A stretch of 64,000 nt of DNA. Source: Parcubacteria bacterium RAAC4_OD1_1 (GTDB taxonomy: Bacteria; Patescibacteriota; Minisyncoccia; Phycocordibacterales; UBA9973). Location of the stretch: NCBI GenBank assembly GCA_000505065.1, contig AWSN01000001.1, forward strand, positions 487,772 through 551,771, in the 5' to 3' direction. This document shows, piece by piece, positions 1 to 9,380 of this stretch; position 1 is the first letter of the stretch; each line of letters begins with the position of its first letter. Below the pieces are notes generated by a model. The model did not search any database. It was not told where the DNA came from and worked only from the letters and a program-made list of their open reading frames with translations. The position numbers were made by a program, and so were the translations under genes.

Positions 1-360
1 AGCTGCGTCTTGATCTGGATTTTGGACTTCTATTATATCAAATTTTAAATCTTCAGGAATAGCAATATTCTTTTTCTTCATTTCTTTTATCAAATCATTC
101 TTTAACTTAATTGCTCCTTCTCCTGAACGACCAATAATCATACCTGGTCTACCTGTATGGATCATCACCCTTGTTTGTTTTGCATTTCTTTCAATTTCTA
201 CACGAGAAACATAAAAACCCCTTAATTTTTTTTCTAAAAACTCACGAACTATGATATCACTACCAAGAAAATCTTTGTATTTTTTATCACCAAACCAGCG
301 TGATTTCCAATCACGTAGTGTAACTAATCTATGAGCATACGGATGAACTACTTTTGACAT
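1..360 (-). CDS. rpsC: 30S ribosomal protein S3 (partial, runs off window start)
   Basis: Manual translation from CAT at 358-360: MSKVVHPYAHRL...WKSRWF...IHTGRPGMIIGRSGE; follows rplV. Confidence 0.95.
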   Translation of the reverse strand, partial: MSKVVHPYAHRLVTLRDWKSRWFGDKKYKDFLGSDIIVREFLEKKLRGFYVSRVEIERNAKQTRVMIHTGRPGMIIGRSGEGAIKLKNDLIKEMKKKNIAIPEDLKFDIIEVQNPDQDAA

Positions 361-379
361 ATATTTTAATTAATGGGTT

Positions 380-778
380 CTATTTATCATTTTCTACTTT
401 CTCTGATTTCGACTTTTTTATTACTTTTTTAATTTCTTTTTTTAAAGAAACAACATTCTTTTCTTCGAGATTAATAAGAATATGACTTGTGCGTTTATTT
501 ATACGGGAAGCACTACCACGAGCACGAGGCATTGTTCTTTTCATTACGATACCCTTGTCTACTGTTATATTTTTAACATATAGATTTTCTGTTCCTACCC
601 CTTCTGCTTTTGCATTTGAAACTGCACTTTGAAGCAACTTAGAAACAGGTAAAGATGCTCTCTTTGGTAAAGATTTTAATAATACAAAAGCTTCGGTAAC
701 CCTTTTACCTTTGATAAGTCCAGCTACAAGGGAAACCTTGCGTGGGGACTGTCTGTAATTTTTAAGAAATGCTTTCAT
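380..778 (-). CDS. rplV: 50S ribosomal protein L22
   Basis: SPRKVSLVAGLIKGK, PRARGSASRINKRTSHI; S10 operon order. Confidence 0.97.
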   Translation of the reverse strand: MKAFLKNYRQSPRKVSLVAGLIKGKRVTEAFVLLKSLPKRASLPVSKLLQSAVSNAKAEGVGTENLYVKNITVDKGIVMKRTMPRARGSASRINKRTSHILINLEEKNVVSLKKEIKKVIKKSKSEKVENDK

Positions 779-797
779 TGTTTAAATTAAATTAAAA

Positions 798-1139
798 TTA
801 TTTTTTAGTATCTGTTGCGGATTTAGCTGCTTTAGCTGCTGATATTTCGGCTTCTTTCTTCTTTGCTTCTAATTCTTTCTGCATCTTACCTCCGTGTCTG
901 ACGAACTTTCTTGTAGGTGAGAATTCTCCGAGTCTGTGTCCCACCATATCTTCTGTAACAAGAACTTCTATATGATGCTTACCATTGTGAACACCAAAAA
1001 CAAATCCTACCATTTCAGGGGAAATAACACATGCACGAGACCAGGTTTTAATAATACCTGTTTCTATAGGCTTTTTCCCTTCTATCTTTTTTAGTAGTCT
1101 TTCGTCTACGTATGGTCCTTTTTTAAGTGATCTTGTCAT
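798..1139 (-). CDS. rpsS: 30S ribosomal protein S19 with K/A-rich C-terminal tail
   Basis: [12 protein letters not shown]...TWSR...HNGK...[11 protein letters not shown]; start moved to ATG at 1139. Confidence 0.97.
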   Translation of the reverse strand: MTRSLKKGPYVDERLLKKIEGKKPIETGIIKTWSRACVISPEMVGFVFGVHNGKHHIEVLVTEDMVGHRLGEFSPTRKFVRHGGKMQKELEAKKKEAEISAAKAAKSATDTKK

Positions 1140-1175
1140 ATCTAAATTAAATAAGCTCAAACGAGCTGTTCGTCT

Positions 1176-1203
1176 ATATTAGCAAATATAAAAATAAAGT
1201 CAA
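1176..1203 (-). promoter_or_regulatory. sigma70-type promoter upstream of rpsS
   Basis: TTGACT-16-TAATAT with TG extension on the minus strand. Confidence 0.65.
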
Positions 1204-1208
1204 GCAGA

Positions 1209-1242
1209 AATCAAAAAACTCCCGTTGGGGAGTTTTTTGATT
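1209..1242. terminator. intrinsic terminator between rplB and rpsS
   Basis: AATCAAAAAACTCCC-GTTG-GGGAGTTTTTTGATT hairpin with A/T tracts. Confidence 0.75.
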
Positions 1243-1260
1243 GATAGATATTCTTTATTT

Positions 1261-2112
1261 TTATTTATTACCTTTAGCTTTACCAACTTTTCGACGAGAA
1301 ACAATCCACATATTTGAATATTTCTTTGGTGTTCTTGTTTTTTGTCCTTTCCCTGTTGGTTTACCCCATAAGGATTTTGCTCTACGAAGACCACGTCCTT
1401 GGCGTCCTTCACCTCCACCGTGTGGGTGATCAACTGGGTTCATTACAGATCCACGAACAGTAGGGCGGATACCCTTCCATCGTGAGCGACCAGCCTTACC
1501 AAGATTTTGAAGTTTGTAATCTGAATTTGAAACTTCACCAATAGATGCCCAAGCACTCTCTGGAACTTTACGAACTTCAGTAGATGGCATTTTGATATTA
1601 GTATAACCAAGATCGTTTGCAACTACCTGGCCATAAGTCCCTGCACCACGGACAAGTTTTGCTCCATTTCCTGCTTTGATTTCAATATTGTAAACGAATG
1701 TTCCAACTGGAATCAAGCGAAGTGGAAGTCTGTTTCCAATAGTAAGAGGAGCTTTTTCACTAACGATAAAGGTATCTCCTGGCTTAACTGATTTTGGTAC
1801 AATCACATATTTCTTCACTCCATCTTTATAGACCGCAAGACCTATAAAAGCATTTCTATTTGGATCGTATTCAATAGAAGTTATTGTCGCAGGAATATCT
1901 TTTTTTGTATACATAAAGTCTACTTCACGATAAAGTCTTTTATGTCCACCACCTTTGTGTCTAGTTGTGATTCTACCTTGATTATTCCTTCCGACAGCTC
2001 TCTTGAACCCATAAGTCAAAGACTTTTCTGGCTTCTTTTTTGAGAGAACTCCACGGAAAGATACAGTGCTTTGATTTCTTCTTGATGGACTTGTAGGATT
2101 ATAAGTTTTCAT
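1261..2112 (-). CDS. rplB: 50S ribosomal protein L2
   Basis: GRNNQGRIT, EYDPNR, RGSVMNPVDHPHGGGEG. Confidence 0.98.
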   Translation of the reverse strand: MKTYNPTSPSRRNQSTVSFRGVLSKKKPEKSLTYGFKRAVGRNNQGRITTRHKGGGHKRLYREVDFMYTKKDIPATITSIEYDPNRNAFIGLAVYKDGVKKYVIVPKSVKPGDTFIVSEKAPLTIGNRLPLRLIPVGTFVYNIEIKAGNGAKLVRGAGTYGQVVANDLGYTNIKMPSTEVRKVPESAWASIGEVSNSDYKLQNLGKAGRSRWKGIRPTVRGSVMNPVDHPHGGGEGRQGRGLRRAKSLWGKPTGKGQKTRTPKKYSNMWIVSRRKVGKAKGNK

Positions 2113-2113
2113 A

Positions 2114-2449
2114 TTATGCTAGTGTTATTTTATCTCCTTTCTTTAAATATACGACCGCTTTTTTACCACCTCTTTTTACTCCTACTTTTCCACGACGATA
2201 AACTTTTTTATCATTTATCTGTGTAATAGAAATTCTTTCTGGTGTAACGCCATAAACTTCTTTTATAGCTTTTTTTAATTCATTTTTATTTGCTTTATCT
2301 AAAACATTGAAAACATAAGCACCTTTTTCCGAAGAAAGAGCAGACTTCTCTGTTATTCTAGGACCCAAGATAAGTGGATGAGATTTCTTCTCTTCCTTTT
2401 CTTTGGTCACAACCTCTTTTGTATTCTTTTTTATTTTTGTGTTTGCCAT
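2114..2449 (-). CDS. rplW: 50S ribosomal protein L23
   Basis: PRITEKS, ANKNELKKAIKEVYGV, KKAVVYLKKG. Confidence 0.96.
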   Translation of the reverse strand: MANTKIKKNTKEVVTKEKEEKKSHPLILGPRITEKSALSSEKGAYVFNVLDKANKNELKKAIKEVYGVTPERISITQINDKKVYRRGKVGVKRGGKKAVVYLKKGDKITLA

Positions 2450-2451
2450 AA

Positions 2452-3120
2452 TTATTTCTTTTCTATTTTACCACCAAGAAAAGCAATACTTTCTGTTGGT
2501 TGTGAAATTATAATATATTTATGTGATAATAAATCTACTGGACTTACATTTTTAATTTCATCTAATTTTATGTTTGGAATATTTGCAAAACTTTTTTTCA
2601 AGATTTCACTTTTAGCAGGAACAGTCATATAAGCATTTGGTTTTTTACCACCATTTATTTTCTCAAATCCTACTATTTTACTTAGATCAGAAAGTATAAC
2701 TTTTGCATCTTTTGTTTTGATATCTTTTATTGAAAGTTCTTCAACAAAAAGAATTTGTCCTTTGCGTAACTTTTCTGAAAAAACAGTAAAGAGTGCTTTT
2801 GATTTCATCTTTTTGTTTATTTTCTTTGCATAACTTTTCTCATTACGAGGACCATGTGCAATACCTCCACCCACCCAGATAGGTGAACGTGTAGATCCAT
2901 GACGAGCGCGTCCTGTTCCTTTTTGTCTCCAAGGCTTTTTCCCCCCTCCACTTATTTCACCTCTTGTTTTAGTGTGAGCGACAGGTGTACGAGCGTTAGC
3001 TTGCATACCTACAACTACTTGATGAACAAGGTCTCCATTCCAAGGAAGTCCAAATATGGATTCTGGTAAAGAAATTTTACCAACGGATTTTCCTTTTTGA
3101 TTGTATATTTGTGTTTCCAT
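2452..3120 (-). CDS. rplD: 50S ribosomal protein L4
   Basis: TKTRGEISGGGKKPWRQKGTGRARHGS. Confidence 0.98.
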   Translation of the reverse strand: METQIYNQKGKSVGKISLPESIFGLPWNGDLVHQVVVGMQANARTPVAHTKTRGEISGGGKKPWRQKGTGRARHGSTRSPIWVGGGIAHGPRNEKSYAKKINKKMKSKALFTVFSEKLRKGQILFVEELSIKDIKTKDAKVILSDLSKIVGFEKINGGKKPNAYMTVPAKSEILKKSFANIPNIKLDEIKNVSPVDLLSHKYIIISQPTESIAFLGGKIEKK

Positions 3121-3121
3121 A

Positions 3122-3733
3122 TTAGCCTACTATTTCGACAAGTGTCCCACGACGACCCGGAACTGCGCCTTTTACTAATAATTGATTTTTTTCAATATCA
3201 ACTCCAACGATTTCCAAATTCTTAACAGTAATACGATCTCCACCCATACGGCCCCCCATACGCATTCCTTTTGGCACTTTATTACGGAGACCACCTCCGA
3301 TAGATCCATGCTCTCTTTCTGAATGTTTCTGACCGTGAGAACGAGGACCTCCGGCAAATCCGTGACGCTTCACAACACCTTGAAAACCTTTTGATTTTGA
3401 AAGTCCAGAAATCATCACCATATCTCCTTCTTTAAAAAGTGAAACAGTGATTTGATCTCCAACTTTAACTTCTTCAATATCTCTAAATTCTCTTAAGTGT
3501 TTAAAAGCTTTTCCTCCTGAAACAGAAGAAACATGCCCTAGATGTGCTTTATTTGCACGATTTTCTTTTTGATCTTCATAAGCAACCTGCACGGCTGTAT
3601 ATCCATCAGTGTCAGGACTTTTTACTTGAGTGACAAGAAGAGGACCAGCTTCGATAACTGTGGCTGGTACTGCTGTGCCATCTTTTTGAAAACACTGCAT
3701 CATATGCTGTTTTTTACCAAGAATAAATTTCAT
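3122..3733 (-). CDS. rplC: 50S ribosomal protein L3
   Basis: KGFQGVVKRHGF, SHG, KGAVPG. Confidence 0.98.
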   Translation of the reverse strand: MKFILGKKQHMMQCFQKDGTAVPATVIEAGPLLVTQVKSPDTDGYTAVQVAYEDQKENRANKAHLGHVSSVSGGKAFKHLREFRDIEEVKVGDQITVSLFKEGDMVMISGLSKSKGFQGVVKRHGFAGGPRSHGQKHSEREHGSIGGGLRNKVPKGMRMGGRMGGDRITVKNLEIVGVDIEKNQLLVKGAVPGRRGTLVEIVG

Positions 3734-3740
3734 ATATTTA

Positions 3741-3828
3741 GTTCATAAAGTTATAAGGTTATAAAGTTATAAAGTAAATCCAGAATGCTTTCGCTTTAAG
3801 AACTTTCAACTTTAAAAACTTTTAACTT
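3741..3828. repeat. tandem (AAAGTTAT)n / (AACTTT..)n imperfect inverted repeat, copy 1
   Basis: Fills the rpsJ-rplC spacer; related copy at 4214-4291. Confidence 0.8.
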
Positions 3829-3832
3829 GCTT

Positions 3833-4204
3833 TTACATCATCTTCACATCTATATCAACCCCTGAAGGAAGTGATAAGTTTGTGAGAGCTTCTATTGTTT
3901 TTGGATTAGGATTCAATATGTCAATAACTCTTTTATGAATTCTAATTTCAAACTGTTCACGAGCATTTTTAAATACAAAAGATGCTCGATTTACTGTATA
4001 TTTCTTAATTTCTGTAGGAAGAGGAATTGGTCCAACGATTTTCGCATCATAACGCAGAGCGGTATCAATAATCTGCTTGACTGAATTATCAAGTATCTTA
4101 TTCTCATATGCTCTAACTCTGATACGAAGACAAGACGCAGTCTCATCCCCCTTTCCTTTCTTTGATTTTGTAACGCCTTTAGGCGATGTAGTCTTTGTTG
4201 TCAT
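3833..4204 (-). CDS. rpsJ: 30S ribosomal protein S10
   Basis: LRIRVRAYE, GPIPLPT, AREQFEIRIHKRVIDI. Confidence 0.97.
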   Translation of the reverse strand: MTTKTTSPKGVTKSKKGKGDETASCLRIRVRAYENKILDNSVKQIIDTALRYDAKIVGPIPLPTEIKKYTVNRASFVFKNAREQFEIRIHKRVIDILNPNPKTIEALTNLSLPSGVDIDVKMM

Positions 4205-4213
4205 AATAATTAT

Positions 4214-4291
4214 TTATAAAGTTATAAAGTTCATAAAGTTATAAAGTAAATGCCTTTACTTGAAGAACTTTCCACTTTACAAACTTTCCAC
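4214..4291. repeat. tandem (AAAGTTAT)n / (AACTTT..)n imperfect inverted repeat, copy 2
   Basis: Fills the tuf-rpsJ spacer; shares TAAAGTTATAAAGTAAAT and AAGAACTTTC with copy 1. Confidence 0.8.
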
Positions 4292-5491
4292 TTATTTAAT
4301 GATCTTTGTTACAACTCCGGCACCGACTGTCTTTCCTCCTTCACGGATAGCAAAGTGCATTTGATCTTCCATAGCGACTGGTGTAACAAGCTTGACTGAA
4401 AGATTTACTGTATCTCCCGGCATAACCATTTCTACTCCAGATGGAAGTGTAGCCTCACCTGTCACATCTGTTGTACGGATGTAAAATTGTGGCTTATAAC
4501 CTGTAAAGAATGGAGTGTGACGTCCTCCTTCTTCTTTTTTCAAAACATAAACATTACATTCAAATTCTGAATGAGGAGTAACTGATCCTGGCTTTGCAAG
4601 AACCTGCCCACGAGTGACATCTTCTTTCTTGATTCCACGAATAAGTATACCGGCATTATCTCCAGCCATACCCTCTTTTAAGTTTTTGTTGAACATTTCA
4701 ATACCAGTTACTGTTGTCTTTGCAGTATCTTTAATACCAACAATTTCAACATCTTCTCCAACTTTCACAATACCTCTTTCTATTTTACCTGTAACCACTG
4801 TTCCACGTCCTTCGATAGAGAATATGTCTTCGATAGGCATTAAGAATGGCTTTGTAACATCACGTTCTGGAACTGGGATATAAGTATCGAGTGCATTTGC
4901 AAGATCCATAATTTTCTTTGCCCATTCATCATCATTGTTTGCTGATTCTAGAGCTTTCAAAGCTGAACCTCTTATAACTGGTGCATTTACGCCATCAAAA
5001 CCTTGTTTTGTAAGAAGTTCACGAACTTCTTCTTCCACCAAATCAAGCATATCTGGGTCATCCACCATATCGCATTTGTTTAAGAAAACGATAATTTTAG
5101 GAACGTTAACCTGCTTTGCAAGGAGGATGTGCTCACGTGTTTGTGGCATAACTCCATCTGTAGCAGCAACAACAATAACAGCACCGTCCATTTGGGCAGC
5201 ACCCGTAATCATGTTCTTAATATAGTCAGCGTGACCTGGAGCATCAATGTGTGCGTAGTGACGTGTTGGTGTCCAGTATTCATTGTGAGAAAGCGCAATA
5301 GTAATACCACGAGCTTTTTCTTCTGGAGCTGAGTCAATTTGATCAACCCCTTTTATTTTAGCACCGTATTCACCTCCTTGACGAGCTAAAATACTCAAAA
5401 TAGCCGCAGTTAATGTGGTTTTTCCGTGGTCAACGTGACCAATTGTACCCACATTTACGTGTGGCTTGTCTCTGTTAAATTCTTCTGCCAT
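4292..5491 (-). CDS. tuf: elongation factor Tu
   Basis: [39 protein letters not shown]. Confidence 0.99.
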   Translation of the reverse strand: MAEEFNRDKPHVNVGTIGHVDHGKTTLTAAILSILARQGGEYGAKIKGVDQIDSAPEEKARGITIALSHNEYWTPTRHYAHIDAPGHADYIKNMITGAAQMDGAVIVVAATDGVMPQTREHILLAKQVNVPKIIVFLNKCDMVDDPDMLDLVEEEVRELLTKQGFDGVNAPVIRGSALKALESANNDDEWAKKIMDLANALDTYIPVPERDVTKPFLMPIEDIFSIEGRGTVVTGKIERGIVKVGEDVEIVGIKDTAKTTVTGIEMFNKNLKEGMAGDNAGILIRGIKKEDVTRGQVLAKPGSVTPHSEFECNVYVLKKEEGGRHTPFFTGYKPQFYIRTTDVTGEATLPSGVEMVMPGDTVNLSVKLVTPVAMEDQMHFAIREGGKTVGAGVVTKIIK

Positions 5492-5589
5492 ATGTATTAT
5501 TGGTTGATAGTAAGAATAAAATATATATGAGAAACCATACTTTATTCAAATTACCAACATAAAATTATTAATAATTAATATAGACCATC

Positions 5590-5617
5590 ATCTTATCAAA
5601 TATAAAAAGAAAGTCAA
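5590..5617 (-). promoter_or_regulatory. sigma70-type promoter of tuf
   Basis: TTGACT-16-TAAGAT with TG extension; nearly identical to the rpsS promoter. Confidence 0.65.
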
Positions 5618-5630
5618 CCCCCCACACTAT

Positions 5631-5667
5631 ATATTAAAACACTCACAATGTGTGAGTGTTTTAATAT
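5631..5667. terminator. terminator hairpin
   Basis: ATATTAAAACACTCACA-ATG-TGTGAGTGTTTTAATAT. Confidence 0.7.
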
Positions 5668-5680
5668 TTAAATTCAATTA

Positions 5681-8389
5681 TTAGTTTTCTATATAATCTG
5701 GATCTATTACCTTAACTAATTCATCGGGATCTGAGGAAACAGAACTTCCAGAATCATTAACACAGACCAATTCATAAGTTGTGTCTTCTATGGGGCTTAA
5801 AATATGGGTACCAGATGGGGGAAGCCCTGTAGCTACATTAACCAAAGTATTTGCATTTCTTATTAAACAAGAATTTGTTAAAGAAGAACTCCAAGTAGCC
5901 GTCGCATTAGCACCAATTATTATTCTATCTGTCACAATGAAACTTGAGATAGTTGGAACAGAATCATCTGTAGGAGTAGTAGGGGTAAATGTCGCGGTAC
6001 AAGTTTTATTTGCATCCATAGTCACTTGTCCACTTGCATTGCAATCTCCGCTCCAAGTTAAAGTGTCTGTAGAAGTTGTTGTTGGGAATAATACTACTGA
6101 TGTCCCCGAAGAATATGATTCTGTACAATCAGCAGTTGGACTTATATTACAGTTAATTCCAGTAGGATTTGATATTATAGTCCCATTACCAGAAACTATG
6201 ACACTTAAATTGTAAGACACTGGAGTTGTTGAATTAAACAAAGCTCTAATTGTTCTATTTCTATCTAGCAACAAATATGATGTTGGATTAGCTCCCCCAG
6301 AAACCCAACCAGACCAACCTGCAAAAACAGAACCAGTATCAGGAGTTGCACTTATTCTTACATAAGAACCACTTAAATAACTAGAAGTTACGGAAGTACA
6401 TGTTCCACCACAACTTTTAATTCCATCAGTTACAGTCCCTGTTCCGGTGCTTAATGTATTCTTAGCCATAGTTAATGTTACTGTCGAACTAGTATCCACA
6501 CAAGATCCACTTGCCCAAGTAGACCCAGTAGCACAAACAGCTTGTGCAGTTGCAGTACCAAGTTCTTGAGTATCGTTATAAAGATAAAAAGTCCTCATAC
6601 CTGTTGCTCCTGTTGAAAATGTAGCCGATCCAAAATTACCATTACCAACTACTACATTAATAGGGGTCGTCACTTGTGAAATTCCAACTGGATTTGTAGT
6701 TGACCAAGTAATAGGAATATTACAACTGGTGCCATTAAGTGGTATCGTGCAATTTGTTGCAGTTATCGTACCTATCATATTGCTTGTAGATTTACATGTA
6801 GAAGTTACAGAGTCCCAAGCAGTCCCACTTATACAAGTAGCTGTTGGGGTTTCTTGATCTAAAAGAACTCCGTTATTGTATAAATAAAATGTTCTTGTTG
6901 AATTATAATTGATTGTATATGTTGCACTACTATTATTTCCACTGCCTACAGTAATATTTGTAGGAGTTGTCACAGCAGAAGTTGCAACTGGATTTGTTGT
7001 TGTCCAAGAAAGTGATGTTGTACAAGAACTATTCCCAGCAGAAATTGTACAGTTAGATGTCGTTAGGGAACCAGACATAACGATATTTGACGTCCATATT
7101 GCATAAAGTATCACATTGGATGTACCCATTGTATAATTTGCTTGATCAGCATAGCTTGTCCCCGTTCCATTTGCTAATGTGTTCCACCCAGCAAAAATAT
7201 AATCTGTTCTTGTATATCCATTAGCATTTAAAGCTTTAGTTTCACCTTCAATAAATGTCTGCGTAGCAGTTGATCCACTAGTTGCTCCATTTCCATCAAA
7301 GGTCACGGTGTGAGTATATTTAAAAATCGCCTTGACTGTCTTTGATTTATCCATAGTGACAGCACATTTACCAATAGTATTATTACAATCATCACTAACC
7401 CACCCAGCAAAAACTGACCCAGAATCTGGAGTAGCAGTAAGTTCTACATAGGTTCCAGTTGTATAAGATTGATTACAATCAATTCCACAAGAAATACCTG
7501 TTGGATCTGATGTCACAGTTCCCGAGCCTTCTTTAGTGACAGTGAGAACGGCATTACCCGCCAAAGAATAAATCACATCTATGGTTTTATCTGTATTCAT
7601 TGTGACACTACAAGAAGCACCCACTCCGACAGCACCAGTAGCTGTACATCCATTAGAAATAGAAACAGAGTATCCACTAACCGCAGGAGCATTTATTGTC
7701 ACATCTGTTCCCAAAGTATATGATTCACTACAATCAGCACCACAACTAATACCTCCAGCTGGAGTAGAAGTGATTGTTGCACTATTTGAAGGATCTGTCT
7801 TTGTAACAGTAAGAACTGGATTAGCTGTAAATATCGCATTTGCTGTTTTAGTAGCATCCATAGTGACAGCACATTTACCTACAGTGTTTGTACAAGCACC
7901 ACTCCACCCAGCAAAAACTGACCCAGAAGCTGAAGTAGCAGTAAGTTCTACATAGGTATTAGAAGCATAAGATTCCTCACAATCAATTCCACAAGAAATA
8001 CCTGTTGGATCTGATGTCACAGTTCCCGAGCCTGTTCCTGTTTTAGTGACAGAGAGAGTATAATTAATAACATTTAATTTATAAAAACAAGCCTTAACTG
8101 CTTCTGGAAATGGATCCTCTACACCAACCCCGTCAGCAGTACATACACTACTAGGAAGAGGTGTATTGTTATAATTAAAAGAACTTAAACAGCCAAATGC
8201 AACATTATAACTTCCCGCAGGTAAATTGCTATAAGTTTCATTTTCATCAGCAAATTTTGTATACCCATCTGGTCCAGAATTACATTGTATATTTACTGTT
8301 GCTATATCATCGATTGCAAAAGCCTTGGAAAACATCCCAATGGAAAAAATTAAGACGAAGATAAATAAAAATATTTTTATGTTTTTCAT
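5681..8389 (-). CDS. large secreted Thr/Ser/Cys-rich surface protein with InlB B-repeat-like / Listeria-Bacteroides-type repeats
   Basis: Signal peptide (…KAFA); repeated LTVTKxGSGTVTSDPTGISCGxDC...FAGW modules; TVTFDGNG...FAGWNT module. Confidence 0.8.
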   Translation of the reverse strand: MKNIKIFLFIFVLIFSIGMFSKAFAIDDIATVNIQCNSGPDGYTKFADENETYSNLPAGSYNVAFGCLSSFNYNNTPLPSSVCTADGVGVEDPFPEAVKACFYKLNVINYTLSVTKTGTGSGTVTSDPTGISCGIDCEESYASNTYVELTATSASGSVFAGWSGACTNTVGKCAVTMDATKTANAIFTANPVLTVTKTDPSNSATITSTPAGGISCGADCSESYTLGTDVTINAPAVSGYSVSISNGCTATGAVGVGASCSVTMNTDKTIDVIYSLAGNAVLTVTKEGSGTVTSDPTGISCGIDCNQSYTTGTYVELTATPDSGSVFAGWVSDDCNNTIGKCAVTMDKSKTVKAIFKYTHTVTFDGNGATSGSTATQTFIEGETKALNANGYTRTDYIFAGWNTLANGTGTSYADQANYTMGTSNVILYAIWTSNIVMSGSLTTSNCTISAGNSSCTTSLSWTTTNPVATSAVTTPTNITVGSGNNSSATYTINYNSTRTFYLYNNGVLLDQETPTATCISGTAWDSVTSTCKSTSNMIGTITATNCTIPLNGTSCNIPITWSTTNPVGISQVTTPINVVVGNGNFGSATFSTGATGMRTFYLYNDTQELGTATAQAVCATGSTWASGSCVDTSSTVTLTMAKNTLSTGTGTVTDGIKSCGGTCTSVTSSYLSGSYVRISATPDTGSVFAGWSGWVSGGANPTSYLLLDRNRTIRALFNSTTPVSYNLSVIVSGNGTIISNPTGINCNISPTADCTESYSSGTSVVLFPTTTSTDTLTWSGDCNASGQVTMDANKTCTATFTPTTPTDDSVPTISSFIVTDRIIIGANATATWSSSLTNSCLIRNANTLVNVATGLPPSGTHILSPIEDTTYELVCVNDSGSSVSSDPDELVKVIDPDYIEN

Positions 8390-8491
8390 TTGTAAAGTTT
8401 TTAATTAAAAAATAATGCTACTTTAATTATACCACTTATATTAAAAAAATAAACAAAAAATAGTAAAATCTGAATTTTTACACCCAGAAAG

Positions 8492-8511
8492 TTATCCACA
8501 GGTTATCAACA
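8492..8511 (+). promoter_or_regulatory. two DnaA-box-like 9-mers
   Basis: TTATCCACA (8492-8500) and TTATCAACA (8503-8511) in a divergent intergenic region. Confidence 0.5.
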
Positions 8512-8642
8512 TTTACTATTGACAACAGGCTATCATTTGTTTGATAATAAAATTAAATAGGGTAAACTATATTTTCTAGTTATCTTTATATAAGAAGACT
8601 GAAAAAATAGAACCTTTGATTCTTGAAACAAATAAGACAGGT

Positions 8643-9335
8643 ATGAAAACAAATCTGTGTACCAAATCCTACAAGGTAGGAAGTTGGTCAAAAATGATTT
8701 TCATCTTCATCCTGCTTTCAAATATCTTTTTTGGATGCATTGAAGATGATTTGGTTCCAATCACTGTGGAACCTGTTGATCCTGTGGTAAAGGTAAATGC
8801 TTATGCATTGCCCGAAAGCATAGAACACGCTGGCAATACCACGCTCTACTGGGAATCCAGTTACGCAGCTTCGGCTACGGCTAATGATATATCAATTCCT
8901 ACAAACGGTTCATGGCCAATTGAAGGACTTGTGTCTGACACAACTTTTATTTTTAAATTTATTGGTTTAAACAAGGAAGTTAAAACCGATACAGTTAGCA
9001 TAAAAGTTGCAGAACCAACGATGTACGATACAATATCCAGTCTTTACTGGGTGTTCCAAGTAAGTAAGGGCCTCGTCAATGGAGAATGGGTATTCGCTTA
9101 TTTTGATGAAGATAAAAGAACCAGAAAATGGTCTTATGAATTAAATAAGAAATACCAAATCTTTAAACAAGATGGTACTCGTGTTGGTAATGGGACATAT
9201 AAAATCAAACAAGATACTATAATATTAGACAATACTAATTGTTCTAAATTTATAATATCATTAGTTGATTCAACTATGACCATATACAATATGAACCTCA
9301 CCGTAATAACATACTATAAAGGTGTGCCGAAATAA
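8643..9335 (+). CDS. putative lipoprotein (Ig-like plus lipocalin-like region); start uncertain (8616/8643/8694)
   Basis: IFIFILLSNIFFG-C-IEDD lipobox followed by acidic residues; own terminator. Confidence 0.6.
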   Translation: MKTNLCTKSYKVGSWSKMIFIFILLSNIFFGCIEDDLVPITVEPVDPVVKVNAYALPESIEHAGNTTLYWESSYAASATANDISIPTNGSWPIEGLVSDTTFIFKFIGLNKEVKTDTVSIKVAEPTMYDTISSLYWVFQVSKGLVNGEWVFAYFDEDKRTRKWSYELNKKYQIFKQDGTRVGNGTYKIKQDTIILDNTNCSKFIISLVDSTMTIYNMNLTVITYYKGVPK

Positions 9336-9365
9336 AAAAAAGTCGAGCTTTAGCTCGACTTTTTT
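9335..9365. terminator. bidirectional terminator
   Basis: AAAAAAGTCGAGCT-TT-AGCTCGACTTTTTT between convergent genes. Confidence 0.8.
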
Positions 9366-9380
9366 ATTTGTTATTTAATA

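Noticed and set aside
7351-8056. Repeats as a DGR template/variable pair
   Set aside because: Both copies are in-frame domains of one gene and there is no reverse transcriptase in the window.
8492-8511. DnaA-box pair as oriC
   Set aside because: Only two boxes and no dnaA nearby; more likely promoter-associated, though not excluded.
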